From: Felis catus
Taxonomy: Eukaryota
Length of the DNA: 64,000 nucleotides
Assembly: GCF_018350175.1 (NCBI RefSeq)
Contig: NC_058368.1
Span: 103,914,001-103,978,000 of the forward strand
Direction of reading: 5' to 3'
The position numbers and the translations under genes are program-made. Shown here piece after piece: positions 11,806 through 23,969 of this stretch (positions are counted from its first letter, which is position 1; each line of letters starts with the position of its first letter). The notes beneath the pieces were generated by a model. That model made no database searches, was not told the DNA's origin, and was given only the letters and a program-made list of their open reading frames with translations.

Positions 11806-12740
11806 AAGAAAGTTAAAGCCTAAGAGCAAAATAATTTTTTTTAGTTACTTCACACAACAGCAGTGGAAAATGAAAGGCTGTAGATGACATGGCCATGTCC
11901 CTCTCTTGTCCTACATGAAAACAATATTAGTGGCTCAATCGGTTAAGCGCCTGACTTCACCTCAGACCATGATCTCGCGGTTCGTGGGTTCGAGCCCCAT
12001 GTCGCATCCTCTCTGAGAAGGGCTCATGACTTCACAGGAGGAATTAACCTCCTCTCCAATTGTGATCACAAAAGCCACAGACCACAGGGGCTTGAGAGGA
12101 AGGAACAAGGGACCTGAGATATGACCTATTTCATTAGTTAGACTGAGCATTCCAGGCTGCTTGGGGGGGCCATTAGCACCAATGTCAATACCCCATGGGC
12201 ACAAATTGGTAGTACTTGATCTCTCTCTCTCTCTCTCTCTGCGATTAGATTTTCCACAAGCCACATGCAGGCCCACAGCTGATGTCACATTCCAGAGAAG
12301 GAAATTATATCTTTGGATTGTATTATAATAAGACCACTCAACCATATCGCTAGTATCTTCTGCATGCTTACTGAGTACAGGCTTCATGCTTAAACTGTAT
12401 GTTATTGTAACAAGTCCTCTCCAGAGCCTTTTGAGACTGATACTGTTATTGCCATTTTTCCAGATGTTTGGAGAGGTTAAGAATCTTTCTAAAGTAACAC
12501 AGCAAGGAAACAATGGAGCTACCCTTCCAATGCAAATAACCTACCCTCCAAACACACATTATAAATCACTCTAGAAATGTGGATACATTCACAACATACT
12601 GAAACCGGTTTTCCATATACAGCTATTCCAAGATGAAGTCTGAATTTCAGGGCAACTCCACCAGAATACACACTTTTTTGCCCAAAAGTTACTAACATAC
12701 ACTTAAGAGTATAAAATTAATTATATTAATAATAACCTGA

Positions 12741-13432
12741 GGGGCACCTGGGTGGCTCAGTCAGTTAAGTGTCTGATTCTTTTTAATTTAATTTAATTTA
12801 ATTTAATTTAATTAATTTAATTTAATTTATTTTTTTTTTTAATTTTAGAGAGAGCGTGCACAAACAGGGAGAGGGGCAAAGGGAAATAGAGAAAGAGAGA
12901 AGGAATCTCAAGCAGGCTCCACACTCAGCGTGAAGCTCCATGCAAGACTCAATCCCACGATACTGGGATTATTACCTGAGCTGAAATCAAGTCACACACT
13001 TAACCGACTGAGCCAACCAGGCGCCCTTTTTTTTTTTTAAGTTCATTTATTTATTTTGAGGGAGAGATAAAGCATGCACACACAGGTGGGGGAGGGACAG
13101 AGAGAGAGGGAGAGAGAATCCAAAGCAGGGTCCACACTGCCAGCACAGAGCCTAATGCAGGGCTCGGACACAGGGCTCGAACTCACAAAAGGTGAGATAA
13201 TGACCTGAGCCAAAATCAAGAATCAGATACTTAAGGGGTGCCTGGCTGGCTTAGTGGGTTAACTGTTAAACTCGTGGTTTCAGCTCATGATATCACGGTT
13301 AGTGAGTTCGAGCCCCAGGGCAGTTCTCTGCTGACAGCACGGACCCTGCTTGGAATTCTCTGTCTCCCTCTCTCTCTGCCCCTCTCTCTCTCTCTCTCTA
13401 TCTCAAAAATGAATAAATATTAAAAAAAAAAT
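12741..13432. mobile_element. SINE cluster: + head fragment, two - SINEs, one + SINE, with a (TTTAA)n tail repeat
   Basis: Heads at 12741(+), 13026(-) and 13235(+). (TTTAA)n at 12782-12830. Confidence 0.85.
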
Positions 13433-14313
13433 ACTAACCTGAACACAGCATAATCCACCAGATAAATCTTAAAGCACAAATACCTGTAACACTGCTCAAT
13501 TGTAGAGGAAATTTAGTGTATTTTTAAATGCATATTCACAATCCATGCCTCTGGAAAGTTCAGTTTTGAGGCTGTGATGTTTATCTGGTGTTTTCAGTTT
13601 GGTCTTGTGCCCCAGCATCCCATTCCTACACCTCAAGGAGGAAGGGCGGGGCGGGCGGGGGGGGGGGGGGAGATATAGGCATGAGTTTCCCACCCCCCAC
13701 CCAGCTGAGCACCAGTAAGCATATTAGGTCCCTATTTGTGGACTTCAGAATGGCTAGACATAATAACTAAAGATAGTCATCACTGAACAAGACTTAAATT
13801 CTTGGAACTACAGACCTTGTTTCATTGAAGAAAGAAAACTCGGGTTTAAGGAGAGAAAATTAGGGCTAGAGAAGACTTTCAACACCATGTAAGCTGGCAG
13901 TGTTAAACTCAAAAGCACGTTTTTGAGAACTCAGTGAATCAAAGCAGGCAGAATGAGCCATGGAGAGGGCTGAGGGCAGAGGCAGCCTGCAGAGATCAGC
14001 CCCGCCACAAGGGGGCACTACTGCTTCGTATCAGCCAACTATTACCACACTTGCGGATCCGATTTTCTAGGCAAGGTCGGATAAAAATGTTTTCTGTGAA
14101 ATGTACAAGAAATTTCTACTTATGAAACATGGCAAAGGCCAAACAGCAGATGTCACCAGGCCAAATCCAGCCTAGTATCTTTTCATTCAATAGCAAGGAA
14201 AAAAGCGCAGAGATGTTCATTGAACTTACCAAATGGGAGAGGCGAAATTCATTGTCCTCTTTTCTACCTCAGAACGTCTTTTACAGCCTCTACTTATAAA
14301 GATATAACGTGAC

Positions 14314-14477
14314 TGGGGCACCTGGGTCCGACCCTGGCTCAGGTCATGATCTCACCGTTCGCGGGTTCGAGCCCCACGTGTGGGGGGAGCCTGCTTGGGA
14401 TTCTCGCTCCCTCTCTCTCTGCCCCTCCCCCACTCGCGTTTTCTCTCTCAAAATAAACCTTTTTTTTTTTTTTAAAG
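14314..14477 (+). mobile_element. Internally deleted SINEC
   Basis: Head and tail present. TSD aaagatataacgtg. Confidence 0.85.
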
Positions 14478-15134
14478 AAAGATATAACGTGTGACTTACT
14501 GGAGAGCATCAGAAAAATGAGATATTGGAATCATCGCTGGTCTTGCTTCAGGCTCCCTGCTGTCAGCTTCTGTCTTGTTTGGTTTTCGTAATCTCAGTTT
14601 CCATGGGAGGAGATAATAAGGTCTCTGCAATCCTTATTTGACATGTATTCTACCTACTGCCATTTTTTTCCAGTGTGTGTGCTACTGTTATAACTGTATT
14701 TATATAAATAGCCTACTCCAGGTGTTTATCTTTGATTGCCTGATCTTTGTTTTAATTTTCACACACAAAAATGAAAGCTATGGCACAGGCAAGCAGCACC
14801 CTGAGCAACGGCCACGTCTAAACAGCTGAAGGGGTCAAACACGGCAGGTGGGTGCCTGCGGATGTGGATTCCTGCACAGTGGGCAACTGCCATTAATCTT
14901 AAAAATAAAGCATCAGAATTCACGTTTTCTCTCTGTGGCCGTGTGCCTTTGGAACCTCATTCCTGCTTGACCATAAGGTCCAAACATAACGACTAGCAAA
15001 CTTTGAAACATTTAGCATAGACAGCTCCTAACCAGAAGTGAAGTTCAGGGGGCATGCCACAGCGGGATCCCACACTGACGCGGGTTCACAATGTCCATGC
15101 CACCAGCATCTGGGCATTTAAAACCTGACTGCCC

Positions 15135-15496
15135 TTGACTAATGAGTGATGTTCAGCATCTTTTCATGTGACTGTTGGCTGTCTGGATGTCTTCTTTGGA
15201 GAAATGTTTGTTCGTGTCTTTTGCCCATTTTTTAATTGGATTGTTCAGTGGTGTGTTTTTTTGGTTTTTTGGTTTTTTTTTTTTTTATGTTGACTTGTGT
15301 AAGTTCTTTATAATTGGTGGTTACCTGAGGGGAGGTAGGTGAGAGGATGGGTGAAGTAGGTGGTGTAGATTAAGAATACATTTATAGTGATGAGTACTGA
15401 GTAATGTATAGACCTGTTGAATTGCTATACTGTACACGTGCAAGTAACACAGCACTGTGTGTAAACTATACCAGGACTAAAAACAAAACAAAACAA
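15135..15496. mobile_element. Short L1 with an inverted 5' segment (antisense ORF2 part about 15135-15313, sense 3' UTR about 15314-15496)
   Basis: Antisense gagtgatgttcagcatcttttcatgtg..tcttctttggagaaatg abuts sense ttggtggttacctgaggg..ctatactgtacac..aactatac and an A-rich tail. Confidence 0.75.
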
Positions 15497-15497
15497 G

Positions 15498-15883
15498 TGT
15501 GCCCGGGTGAGCATCCGACCTCAGGTCAAGTCAAGATCTCACGGTTCGTTGAGGTTGAGCCCTACATCAGGCTCACTGCTATCAGATCAGAGCCTACTTC
15601 AGTCCTCTGTCCTCTCTCTGCCTCTCCCCCACCCATGCTTGCTCATGCTCTCTCTCGCACTCTCTCTCTCAAAAAAATAAACATTTTTTAAATTTTTGTT
15701 TATTTTTTGAGAGAGACAGAACACGAGCGGGCGAGGGACAGAGAGAGAGGGAGACAGAGTCTGAAGCAGGCTCCAGGCTCTGAGCTGTCAGCACAGACCC
15801 CAACACAGGGCTTGAACTGACAGACCACAAGATTACGACCAGAGCCGAAGTGAGATGTTTAACTGAGTCACCCAGGCGCCCCC
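15498..15883. mobile_element. Tail-to-tail inverted SINE pair (+ 15498-15690, - 15691-15883)
   Basis: The + body ends aaaaaaataaacatttttt and is immediately followed by the - SINE tail and body ending caggcgcccc. Confidence 0.88.
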
Positions 15884-17389
15884 AAAAAACACACACTAAA
15901 AAAACAAAAAAAAACTTGCAGGTCTCTAGGGAGAACATACACACTGCCCTTTTCTACCACTTTCTGCTGGCTTCTAGCCCCACCTCACAATTTTACTTGC
16001 TTTCCAGGCTCTTGACAGTACTTGAGTATGTGACCCCTGCTCTCCACTTTGAGCAAACCTCATCTTTGACACAATTTCTTCTGATAAGAAAAGAATTCGC
16101 ATCTTACATAAGAGTTCAGTCAATACTGCTTCAACTACTTCAGAGTTGCTTCCCTAAGACTGATAGCTGCTGCCTGAATGAAGTAATTGTATCACCAAGA
16201 CGCTTGAGGTCATTTTCTGCTTTCAAAATATCATGTCCATGGCCTTCAAATTCAGTTTGCATCTTTGTATTCCTACTACCTATGAGATAAAGCTTGAACT
16301 AGCCACTGGCGTTCGGGGTCCTTCATCACTCAGCCTCCACGTAAGTGTTCGAAACTATTACCTTCCTCACCAGTCTCCACTCACACACACACCTGGTCAG
16401 AGTCTAATTATTTGCTCATGAACTCCCCTCCCTTCCCCTTCTGCCTTTCCAATCTCTCCTCATCCTTCAGAGTTTAACTCACACTCCACCTGTCCCTGTA
16501 GGCTTTTCTAAATCTTCCCAGATTCAAATATCTTGCCTCCTCTTAAATGTAAATAAATAATCTCTCCTCCTTTTATATGCTTAATAAACATTTGTTGAAT
16601 GAACAAATGAATTGCAGCAGGGCCGCATTCTTATGGCCACTTAATTATGGCCAAGTTGCTTAACCGTTTTTAAGATAAAGTTTCATCGTCTGTAAAAATG
16701 TGGTTTGGGCAAGGATTGACTGAGATGTTATTTTAAAATTACCTAGCAGAGATGATACATAGACTCAAAAGATATTAGGTAGTCCACAGATGGGAGAAGT
16801 AATAGTCTGATTTACTGCCTTCCTTCCTCCTGTACTGTTAGTTAACTTTTCAGTTATGTACAGTGTCTCTTCCTAGCTTCATGATGGGAGCAGGGCCCAT
16901 GTTAAAAAAAAAATTTTGTATCATGCACTGTGGCTAGCAGGGAATTTTGCTAATAAAACTTTGTTGAGGAGTCAATAGCTTCTCTACTGAAAAATATACC
17001 CAAAGACTGCCTGCTGACACTGGAATTTCCTCCTTTAGAGACATCTTCTCCTAAGTTAAGCAGTGCCCCAGCTAAAATCCAACCGTGCCTGGGAGATGGT
17101 AACAAAGTCTGTTGCCTTAGTTATTAATACATGTGCCGTTTAGACTTTTTTGTTTACAAGGAGCAGAAACTAGCTCACAGGTTGTTGCTCTTATATGAAG
17201 TATGATATTGGTTTATTTAATCCAACACCTTAGTAAAACTTAGTTTATCTAATGTCTTTCCAACATTAGCATAGAGATAAGGGGGAAAGGAGAAATACAG
17301 ATATGGCACTATCAAAGAGGACAGAGAAAAGCTGGGCGAAGCGCACCATCAGAATTGCAGCCAGAAGGCGCTAGGAACCAGTGTGAGCA

Positions 17390-17840
17390 GGGAAGCATGG
17401 GTGGCTCAGTCAGGTGAGGGTTTGACTTGACTCAGGTCATGATCGTGTCTGGCGGTCCCGGAGTTCAAGCCCTGCATTGGGCTCCACGCTGAAAGTACAG
17501 AGCCTACTTGGGATTCTCATTCTCTCCCTCTCTCTCTGCCCCTTCACCACTTGCACACTCTCTCTCTTTCTCTCTCAAAATAATAAATAAATATAATTTT
17601 TTAAAAGGGGGGGGGGGGCGCCTGGGTGGCTCAGTCGCTTTAGCATTCGACTTTGGCTCAGGTCATGATCTCTCACCGTCCATGAGTTCGAGCCCGGCGT
17701 CTGGCTCTGTGCTGACAGCTCAGAGCCTGGAGCCTGCTTCAGATTCTGTGTCTCCCTCTCTCTCTGCTCCTCTCCCACTCATGGTCTGTCTCAGTCTCTC
17801 AAAAATAAACAAATGTTAAAAAAAAAATTAAAAAAAGAAA
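17390..17840 (+). mobile_element. Two tandem SINECs (17390-17605, 17615-17840)
   Basis: Two heads, each with (CT)n and tail. Confidence 0.9.
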
Positions 17841-17848
17841 GAAAGAAC

Positions 17849-17953
17849 CAGCATGACCAGCTGTAACGGTTTGCCCCACACTGAGCGGACACAGAAAGGC
17901 CTTCAGGGCTAAAACCAGAAACTCCTGGACAAACGGATAAGTTGGTCACCCTA
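17849..17953. mobile_element. MER81-like hAT non-autonomous DNA transposon
   Basis: Degenerate terminal inverted repeats (tgaccagc..cggtttgccc / ggacaaacgg..gttggtcacccta) and internal gctaaaacc, as in the recalled MER81 consensus. Confidence 0.65.
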
Positions 17954-18391
17954 TTAGGAACCACTAAAATCCCAGCAAAAGACATACTTCCTTTAATTTC
18001 AAAAGTGTACTTAGAGTCAGTGCTGCACACAGAGCAGCACAAACCTGTCCCTGGCTGGTGACCAGCTGGTTCGAGAAAAGGGCTAACGAGGCCAAGGCTA
18101 AAGATTTGATCTCCCGGGGAAACTTTGCTCTCTTCCACAGTCTGTGACTCACTCAAACCACCATTCGCCAATGCCAGTACGTGTGGCCACTCTGGACCAA
18201 ATCCTTCACTGCTGCTAGGACCATGGGTGGCGGGACACAGATGTTTTCCTTGTGCGTGAACACAGAGTGAGTGAATAACGTCACATAAAGAAACTCACCT
18301 GCTGAACTTCCTGCTTAAATGGGTTCTAAATAACAATAACACATAGCAGTATGGCAAATTTCCACAGCATTTTCTCCTAGATTTCATTCCC

Positions 18392-18587
18392 TTTTTTTTT
18401 TTTAATGTTTTATTTATTTTTTGAGAGAGGGAATGTGAGCGGGGGTGGAGGGGCGGGGAGGGGGAGACAGAGGATCCCAAGCAGGCTCTGTGCTGTCAGC
18501 TCAGAGCCCGATGCAGGGCTCGAACTCACAAGATCGCGACCTGGGCTGAAGTTGGACGCTCAACTGACTGAGCCATCCCAGGTACCC
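18392..18587 (-). mobile_element. SINEC
   Basis: Antisense tail, body and head. Confidence 0.88.
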
Positions 18588-18833
18588 GAGTACTGTGAGA
18601 CAGGCATAGCAGACACCACGCTCAGCAGGCTGGGGATGACCGGAGGTTACACAGCCAGAAAGCAACACAGATGGAACTGGAACCCTCACCTCCTACGGAT
18701 TATTTGTCTTTCTGGTGGTGGTGGGGGTGGCAGTGAAAGAGGTCACGGCTGCCCGTAACCCAGCAAAATCCACAGCCTGAATCCTGAGCTTCTCTTTGTA
18801 CGTTTCCCCTTCCGTAAGAATTCCAGAACTCTT

Positions 18834-19037
18834 GGAGCGTCTGGGTGGCTCCGTCGGTTGGGCGTCCGACTTCGGCTCAGTTCATGATCTCGCGGTCTGT
18901 GGGTTCGAGCCCACGTCGGGCTCTGTGCTGACAGCTCAGAGCCTGGAGCCTGCTTCGGATTCTGTGTCTCCCTCTCTCTCTGCCCCTCCCCTGCTCATGC
19001 TCTCTCTGTCAAAAATAAATACACATTAGAAAAAAAA
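18834..19037 (+). mobile_element. SINEC_Fc
   Basis: Full body. TSD gaattccagaac(t/c)ctt. Confidence 0.92.
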
Positions 19038-19439
19038 GGAATTCCAGAACCCTTCGGGTCCCAAGGACCATGAAGCACAGCCCCCGAGCTCTTGTGAGTC
19101 TTGCCAAACTTGCCCACAGTGTGGGCTGTGGCGTGCTGGTGGGCTGGTTATCTCCTGCACACGTGAAGGCATAAAGCACGTCCACATTCTCCACCCCAGG
19201 GGTCAGGCCCAGGAGATACTGCTGACAGTTTCTGCACCCCACTTTTTATGTGTTCACTTTCCCGGACACTTTGCTGCCTAAACCCACAGAGTTGTGTGGT
19301 GTTCATATTAGTAAACCGAAAGCTGAATTTCCCAAACACGTTTATTTTTTCCTTCAGAGCAAATGTGGGCAGGATGAAAACCACTCTGTGTCATACTTCC
19401 ATGTTACTCATTAACCGACTTCAAAAAAAAAAAAAATAG

Positions 19440-19589
19440 CCTCAGCCAGATTAGGCGTCACGTGAAGAGTTTCCTGCACTGGGGGAACGGAGCAAAGCCA
19501 AACGCAGGGATTTTCACATCATCAGAGGTGGGGGATTCAGAAATGAGCCTTTGAGCTTATTTCCTGACCTGCCGATCGGCACGGGCGCA
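19440..19589 (+). promoter_or_regulatory. Putative promoter / 5' UTR of exon 1b
   Basis: Locally CpG-enriched non-repeat sequence. E-box GTCACGTGA at 19457-19465 overlaps the half-CRE CGTCA. Confidence 0.5.
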
Positions 19590-19714
19590 ATGGTGAAGAA
19601 AAGGCTGTCTTCCAGTGACACGGTGTTCCGGTTTGACATTCCGGGCAGCCCAAGAAAGGCAGGCACCGAGGCCCCACACAGCGCCGCAGACTGCCCCAGC
19701 TCTGTGCTTCTCAG
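19590..19714 (+). CDS. GRAMD2B: Alternative first coding exon 1b of GRAM domain-containing protein 2B
   Basis: Strong Kozak gcaATGg. 41 codons, MVKKRLSSSDTVFRFDIPGSPRKAGTEAPHSAADCPSSVLL, plus AG, then donor GTGGGT at 19715. Resembles the recalled rodent Gramd2b N-terminus (MVKK..SSSD.VF.F.IP.SP..SHSSTDSPSSVFLS|SEAENG). Confidence 0.88.
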
Positions 19715-20240
19715 GTGGGTACATCTCGCGTGTCACCTTGGTGGCCTCAGCCACCTGACAGGTGTTCTGGGGAGAGCTCCTTCCTCATCCTCTGCCAAGG
19801 GGAAGGAGAAGGCACAAGCCGAGGCATCTGGGCCAGTGGACTGGAAGGGGGTACACAGCAAAGAATGTGACTTGCTGAGCAAATAGAGCTATGACCATGA
19901 TTAAGGGAAAATAATCGTTAGTGCCTTCTTTAGGACTTTTTTAGTACTAGACGACTAGCCAGCTCTGCCATTCTTTAATTCCCGATCACTTTCAGGTTCA
20001 TAGGAACTGAAGCCCAAATAGTTGAGCCCAAAACCTTACTTTGGTGTCAGAATTACTGTGTCAATATCAAAAAAGTAAATGCAGGGGCTTTCTAAATTAA
20101 TTATCAAAACAGTATTAGCTGTGCTGTGTGGTTCAACTACTTACCATATAGTGATTTATAGCTGCTTTGGCCTGATTCAGAACATGCTCTTTTTAGCTAT
20201 AAATATTAATGCCTATATTAACGTCACTCTGATAATTACA

Positions 20241-20436
20241 TTTTTTAAAATGTTTATTTATTTTGAAAGAGAGAGCATGCGTGCATGCATGCACAGGGGA
20301 GGGGCAGGGAGAAAGAGAGAGAATCCCAAGTAGGCTCCTAATGTCAAGACATAGCCAGATGCGGGGCTGGAACTCACAAATTGCGAGATCAAACCAAGAA
20401 TCGGACGCTTAACGGACGGAGCCACCCAGGCGCCCT
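20241..20436 (-). mobile_element. SINEC
   Basis: Antisense body. ataattacat flanks both sides. Confidence 0.88.
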
Positions 20437-20503
20437 TAATAATTACATATTTTTAATGAAAATTTGTGTCACAACTCTTTATTCATTTTGGTCTCATAAT
20501 AAT

Positions 20504-20551
20504 TCTCTAGGAACTTATGAAGTATACTTATACTTCATAAGTTCCTAGAGA
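20504..20551. repeat. Perfect inverted repeat, 23-bp arms and 2-nt spacer
   Basis: tctctaggaacttatgaagtata-ct-tatacttcataagttcctagaga. Confidence 0.97.
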
Positions 20552-20762
20552 TATAATTTGACATAAGATATCAAATGCAAGTGGAAATCAATTACAAGAA
20601 AAAGTTTCTTACCCAACTTTCATGTTACTTCCACTAAACCTGTCAAGGGAAGGCAGAGAAGTGACCTCCAAACAGGAAGTTGACTTTTTACACAGCACCA
20701 CAGCCAGAAAGGTGGTTGTTTGTTTTTTAATCATTTTAAATCATTTATACAAAAAAGTGCTC

Positions 20763-20914
20763 GGGGCGCCCGGGTGGCTCAGTCATTAAGCATCTGACTT
20801 CAGCTCAGTTCATGATCTCACTGTTCGTGAGTTCAAGTCCCACATCTGGAAGCCCACTTCTCTCTCTCTCTGTCCCTCACTCACTTACACCCTCCCTCTC
20901 TCTCTCTAAAAAAG
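20763..20914 (+). mobile_element. SINEC (short)
   Basis: Head and tail. TSD aaaaagtgctc. Confidence 0.88.
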
Positions 20915-21509
20915 AAAAAGTGCTCAAAATTATAGCTTTTAAAAATTAAACAGAAACCAAGAAATCCCACTTCATTTAATGGTGTTTGGGTATCAGAATG
21001 TCGGGTTACAGAAACAAGCGAGGACATTTTTTTAAAGAAGTTTTAGGAACAAAGAGCCTGAATTTACGCAAAATGTTGCATGATGCCCCTATTTTAAGTT
21101 AACTTAATTTTTCCATCCATCTTTAACATCCATCTATCTGACGTGAATTGTCTGAGCATGAGCACAACTCCTATGACTGAACATGTAAAATCTTTGTATT
21201 ACTTTGTATTACTTCCACATTTGAAATGTTTCTCGAATCATTTTGTCTGCTTCATCTGTCTCTTGTGTAGGCTGTAATGCAGACGTTTCTAGGAGTTCAA
21301 GGTCTAATCAGGCAAAATGAAATTAAAGTACATAAATAAATTTTTAAATGCAAAAAATACAGAAAATATAATTTAAATAATATGCATATATTATTTACAT
21401 AAGTATAAATAAATAGGATAAAAATAAAAACCTACATCAACCTAAATTCAAGCCCCTTTCAAAAACAGCCCAGGCCTATTTTACCTGCATATCAGAATAT
21501 TCAACATCA

Positions 21510-21726
21510 GGGACGCCTGGGTGACTCAGTTAAGCATCCAACCTTGGCTCAGGTCATGATCTCATGGTTCATGGGTCTGAGGTGCCCACGGACTCTGCAC
21601 TGACAGCTCAGAGCCTGGAGCCTGCTTCGGATTCTGTGTCTCCCTCTCTCTCTGCCCCTCCCTGGCTCATGATCTGTCTCTCTCTGTCTCAAAAATAAAT
21701 AAACGTTAAAAAAAAATTTTTTTTAA
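21510..21726 (+). mobile_element. SINEC_Fc
   Basis: Full body. TSD agaata(t/g)tcaacatca. Confidence 0.92.
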
Positions 21727-22109
21727 AGAATAGTCAACATCAAACGCCTATATCAGTAGCTAGAAGCATTTTTTTTTAATGTGTATCAGAACCAATCTAA
21801 AAACATCACACGTATCTCCAAACAGTTTGAGCAATGAAGGACTTTCAGTCTAGGTGAAAAATCTACTTAAGGTATTATATATTAAATCATTCAAAATAAT
21901 TCATGGAAACACATTGGTCAGTTATTTCAGGTAAAAAACAAAAACAAAAACAAAAACAGGTAAACACTTCCCTTTAACTTCTAACTAAATACTAAGAATT
22001 TATGTGGCTGATGTGGGATCCCAATACCCTTTCCATGAACTAGAGCTAAAAGGTATTCTGAGATCAACATACTGCTTCAAGTAGGCACAGATACAATTTA
22101 TGCAGTTTT

Positions 22110-22625
22110 CTTATTCAATCATTCAACAAAGATGTAGTGTGTGACTATCATACGCTAGGCTATGTGGAATGCACAGTGGATACAGTCATGAGCAAGACAG
22201 ACCTAGTCTCTGCCCTCATAGAGGTTATTAGTTTAATGTCAAAGAGGATAAAAAATTATGAACGCATGAATGCATCCACACATGCATACATAATTCTTGT
22301 TTTAACATATATTATCATAGGAAACAATTACAGGGCTGATATAGAGAATAAAATAGGGAAAACTAACTTAGATGGGGTGGGAAATAAAGGACTCTTCAAG
22401 GAAGTGATAATTCAGCCGTCCAAGAGGATGAAAAAAGAGCCAACCATGGAATGACTGAGAAGGAACACGTTGCCCTGAGGTGGGGAGGATCTTATGTCTT
22501 GAGGAACCAGGGGACAGTGGTGAAATCGGAGGGAGAAGCATTGGATGTAGGGGTTTAGAATTCTATTTTAACTGCAGTGGGAAACCAATGGGAGGTTTAG
22601 AACATGGGAGTATCACGATGTGTTG
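22110..22625 (-). mobile_element. L2 3' fragment
   Basis: attcaatcattcaacaaa..gagcaagacagacctagtctctgccctcatagag..gcagtgggaaaccaatgggaggttt. Confidence 0.7.
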
Positions 22626-22699
22626 TTGCCCTGTAGAAGGGCATTCTGGCCCAGAGATGGGCTCTGACGTTGCTCTGTCAAGAAATACTGCATCCTGCC

Positions 22700-23906
22700 C
22701 TTGCCTTGCCATGTGCTTGTAAGAGTGTCTGTAAAGTATGGACCCAGCGGAGGAATTGCTGGGTCACAGATTACAGGCACGACTAACCCTGCTCATGATG
22801 TCAACCTCTGTTCCAAACTGGTGTCATTTACACTCTCACCCACAGCTATTCCGCTGCCTCCACAACATTGGCATTGCCTGGCTTTTAAGTTTTTTCCAAT
22901 ATGGAAGCTGTGAAATGCCATCTCAATGAGGTTTCCATGTTCATTTCCCTGACCCTTTGGGTCAGGAGGCAGGGTTACTGCCTTTTTCTTTTTTTTCTTT
23001 TTTTTTTTTTTAGATATTTTTTAATGTTTATTTATTTATTTTGAGAGAAAGAGAATGTGTGTGCACCCACATGCGCATGAGCAGGAGAGGGGCAGAGAAG
23101 GAGAGAGAATCCCAAGCAGGCTCCACGCTCAGCGTGGTACTTGACAACAGGGCTCGCTCTCACAGCGAGGTCATGACCTGAGATCATGACCTGAGTCAAA
23201 AGTCAGTCGCTCGACCAACTGGGCCACCCAAGCGCCTCTTATTTTTACATAGTTTTAAAAACACTTCAGATACTAGATTTTTGGTCAATTATATGTGGTG
23301 TAAATATTTTATTCCAGCATATGACCTGTCTCTTCACATTCTATACCATATCCACATTCTTGTTTCTAATTTATCAACGCATTATTTTCTTAATGATTTA
23401 CACTTCTCATGACTTATGTAAGAAATCCCTCCCTACCCTGGGGTCATTAGAATGTTCTTACATATTTTCTGCTGAAAGTGTGCTTTCTTTCTTCTTTCTG
23501 TCATACATTGTTGTCTTAATTACTATGACTTTATAATTAAAAGTTTTGTTGCCTAATGAGACAAGAATCCTTACATAGTTCAGAAGTGATAGGCTACTCT
23601 TGACCCTTTTGCGTTTTCATTTACATTTTAGAATCAGTTTATCAAATGAAGATTTATTTTTAATTGAAATCGCATTAAGTCTATTACTCAATTTGATGAA
23701 ATTGCTTTAAGTCTACTGCTCATTTAGGGTGTTAAGTATACCTATTCATGCACGTGGTTTGTCCCTCCATTTATTTAGGACTTCTTTAATATCCTTTGAT
23801 AAAGTTTTAGAATATTCTACACAAAGACCTTATACGTTGTTAGATTTATTCTTAGGTACTCTACACCTCTGTTGCTATTGGAAATATGTGTGTGTGTGTG
23901 TATATG

Positions 23907-23969
<63 letters not shown>

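Noticed and set aside
19551..19886. 111-aa single-exon ORF
   Set aside because: Only 19590-19714 resembles GRAMD2B. The ORF starts at TTG and reads through the splice donor into intron.
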